DNA from: an uncultured delta proteobacterium
Lineage (GTDB): Bacteria > Desulfobacterota > Binatia > UBA9968
Reading direction: 5' to 3'
Length of the DNA: 64,000 nt
NCBI GenBank assembly: GCA_963760795.1
Contig: CAVXEP010000028.1
Span: 32,001-96,000 of the forward strand
Position numbers and translations under genes: made by a program. The notes beneath the pieces were generated by a model. The model ran no database searches, was not told where the DNA came from, and saw only the letters and a program-made list of their open reading frames with translations. Below, in pieces: positions 62,786-64,000 of the stretch (positions are counted from its first letter, which is position 1; the number at the start of each line of letters is the position of its first letter).

Positions 62786-63751
62786 TTACCCCTGCCAGTG
62801 ATAGACCAAAGCTGAATAATCGATGGCGTAACTACCACCTTGCTTCACGCCACGGGGAAACTGCGTGGCTTGCGGGATGTCTTTGCCGCAATAAATCTCA
62901 AATAGATTGCCCGACGGGTCGCGAAAGTACATCAACCCCTTCTTACCGTCGCGCGTCCAGGGTCCCGGCGTCACCACGCCATTGTGCTTGAGCCACTCGA
63001 TCATCGGCAAAAAGTTCTCACCGTCTGCGTAGAACGCGTAGTGCGGAAATTCGGCGTCGCGCCCGGTGCAAACGCCGCTGCGCGTCGACAGGCCGACAAT
63101 CGCGCCGGCGACGCGCACTTCGGTAAAGGTCGCCGGATCACTGGTCGCCATGGGCTCACCGCCCAGGACTTCGATGCAGAACCGTTTCGCCTGTGCGATA
63201 TCGTTGACCGGCACACTCAAATGGGCGAAGCTCGCCAGACGCGGGCGGGGCAAATGGGAATCCGCCAGCTTGCCGCTCCAGCGATAGTTGAGCTCGCCCA
63301 GCGGCAGCGGCACGCCGCCTTGACGCGGCCCCAAGGCCAAATTTTTAATATCTCCGTAGCCGCTGTCGCAGTAGAGCTCGATTAGATTTCCCGACGGATC
63401 GCGCAAATAGCGCAGCGCGGTTTTGTAATCGCGCGTCCAGCCGTGGGTCGGCACGCCGCAGCCGTCGAGCCAGGGCTTGGCCAATGCGAAATTTGCCGCA
63501 TCGACGTTAAAGCCATAGTGTGGGTATTCCGCCTCCCACCCGGTCCAACCCTCCGGCTGTTCCGACAGCCCGACAATCATGCCGCCGAGCATCACTTCGG
63601 CGAAGCCCGGTGTGTCATGATAAGGTTCGCCGCCCAAGACTTCGATATAAAAATGCTTCGACTCCTCCAGCTGGCGGCAAGGCAGGCTCACGTGATGCAG
63701 ATATGCCAACTGCGGTCTGGCAAGGATGGCATCGGTAGCGTGGTTTTCCAT
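62786..63751 (-). CDS. VOC (glyoxalase) family protein with two tandem domains
   Basis: H.S.P...EVLGGEP...PHY.F...RDPSGNL.E.YC occurs twice. Confidence 0.9.
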   Translation of the reverse strand: MENHATDAILARPQLAYLHHVSLPCRQLEESKHFYIEVLGGEPYHDTPGFAEVMLGGMIVGLSEQPEGWTGWEAEYPHYGFNVDAANFALAKPWLDGCGVPTHGWTRDYKTALRYLRDPSGNLIELYCDSGYGDIKNLALGPRQGGVPLPLGELNYRWSGKLADSHLPRPRLASFAHLSVPVNDIAQAKRFCIEVLGGEPMATSDPATFTEVRVAGAIVGLSTRSGVCTGRDAEFPHYAFYADGENFLPMIEWLKHNGVVTPGPWTRDGKKGLMYFRDPSGNLFEIYCGKDIPQATQFPRGVKQGGSYAIDYSALVYHWQG

Positions 63752-63856
63752 GGCTGCTCTCCTACGGATTTCTGGCCGGATTATTACACCATAGTTACCG
63801 CGCCAACAAGGTGTTGCGTCTTAACCGCTAAGCCGGTTATCGCCTAGCTTTGCGCC

Positions 63857-64000
63857 ATGACAGCGCGAATATTGTCGATTGGTTTACTATCGCTGATTTG
63901 CCTCTTGGTCTTCCCGTACCAAGCCGCGGAACGAGTCCGCGTCCACGCGCCAGCGCGGACCTGTGTCCAGCTGCCGTTTGGATCGGCGTCGTCAAGAAAC
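63857..64000 (+). CDS. Possible N-terminus of an exported substrate-binding protein (partial)
   Basis: MTARILSIGLLSLICLLVFPYQAAERVRV signal-peptide-like start running off the window edge. Confidence 0.4.
   Translation, partial: MTARILSIGLLSLICLLVFPYQAAERVRVHAPARTCVQLPFGSASSRN

Overview
GC-rich bacterial chromosome segment. Gene content and order (ilvBN-ilvC-psd-pssA-leuA-leuB-asd-truA, short ~200-aa EF-Ts, tol-pal, stand-alone solute-binding proteins and catabolic enzymes) suggest a deltaproteobacteria-like lineage, possibly Candidatus Binatia; this is inference. Positions 1-33.8 kb are mostly housekeeping: branched-chain amino acid synthesis, phospholipid synthesis, rpsB-tsf-pyrH-frr-uppS-cdsA-dxr-rseP-tsaB, rho, rluD, ribF, tolQRAB-pal-cpoB, pgk-tpiA-secG and tRNA-Leu(GAG). 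Positions 33.8-64 kb are an accessory metabolic region: a sigma54-type promoter before an excisionase-type HTH gene, an orphan histidine kinase, UbiD, a divergent adenine deaminase, Gdx, an amidohydrolase, a PqqC/CADD-like oxidase, a hydantoinase/LLM/aldolase/decarboxylase/LVIVD cluster, solute-binding proteins, RidA and a VOC protein. The strongest hidden signal is a peroxiredoxin-like selenoprotein (43020-43511) that the ORF track splits at an in-frame TGA in a W-U-P-Y-C motif, followed by a SECIS-like hairpin. At least eight single-base (+1) frameshifts between 32 and 50 kb, including in pgk and tpiA, look like sequencing errors. Several families of short palindromic or tandem intergenic repeats are dispersed through the window. 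No CRISPR array, rRNA, integrase or transposase was seen.
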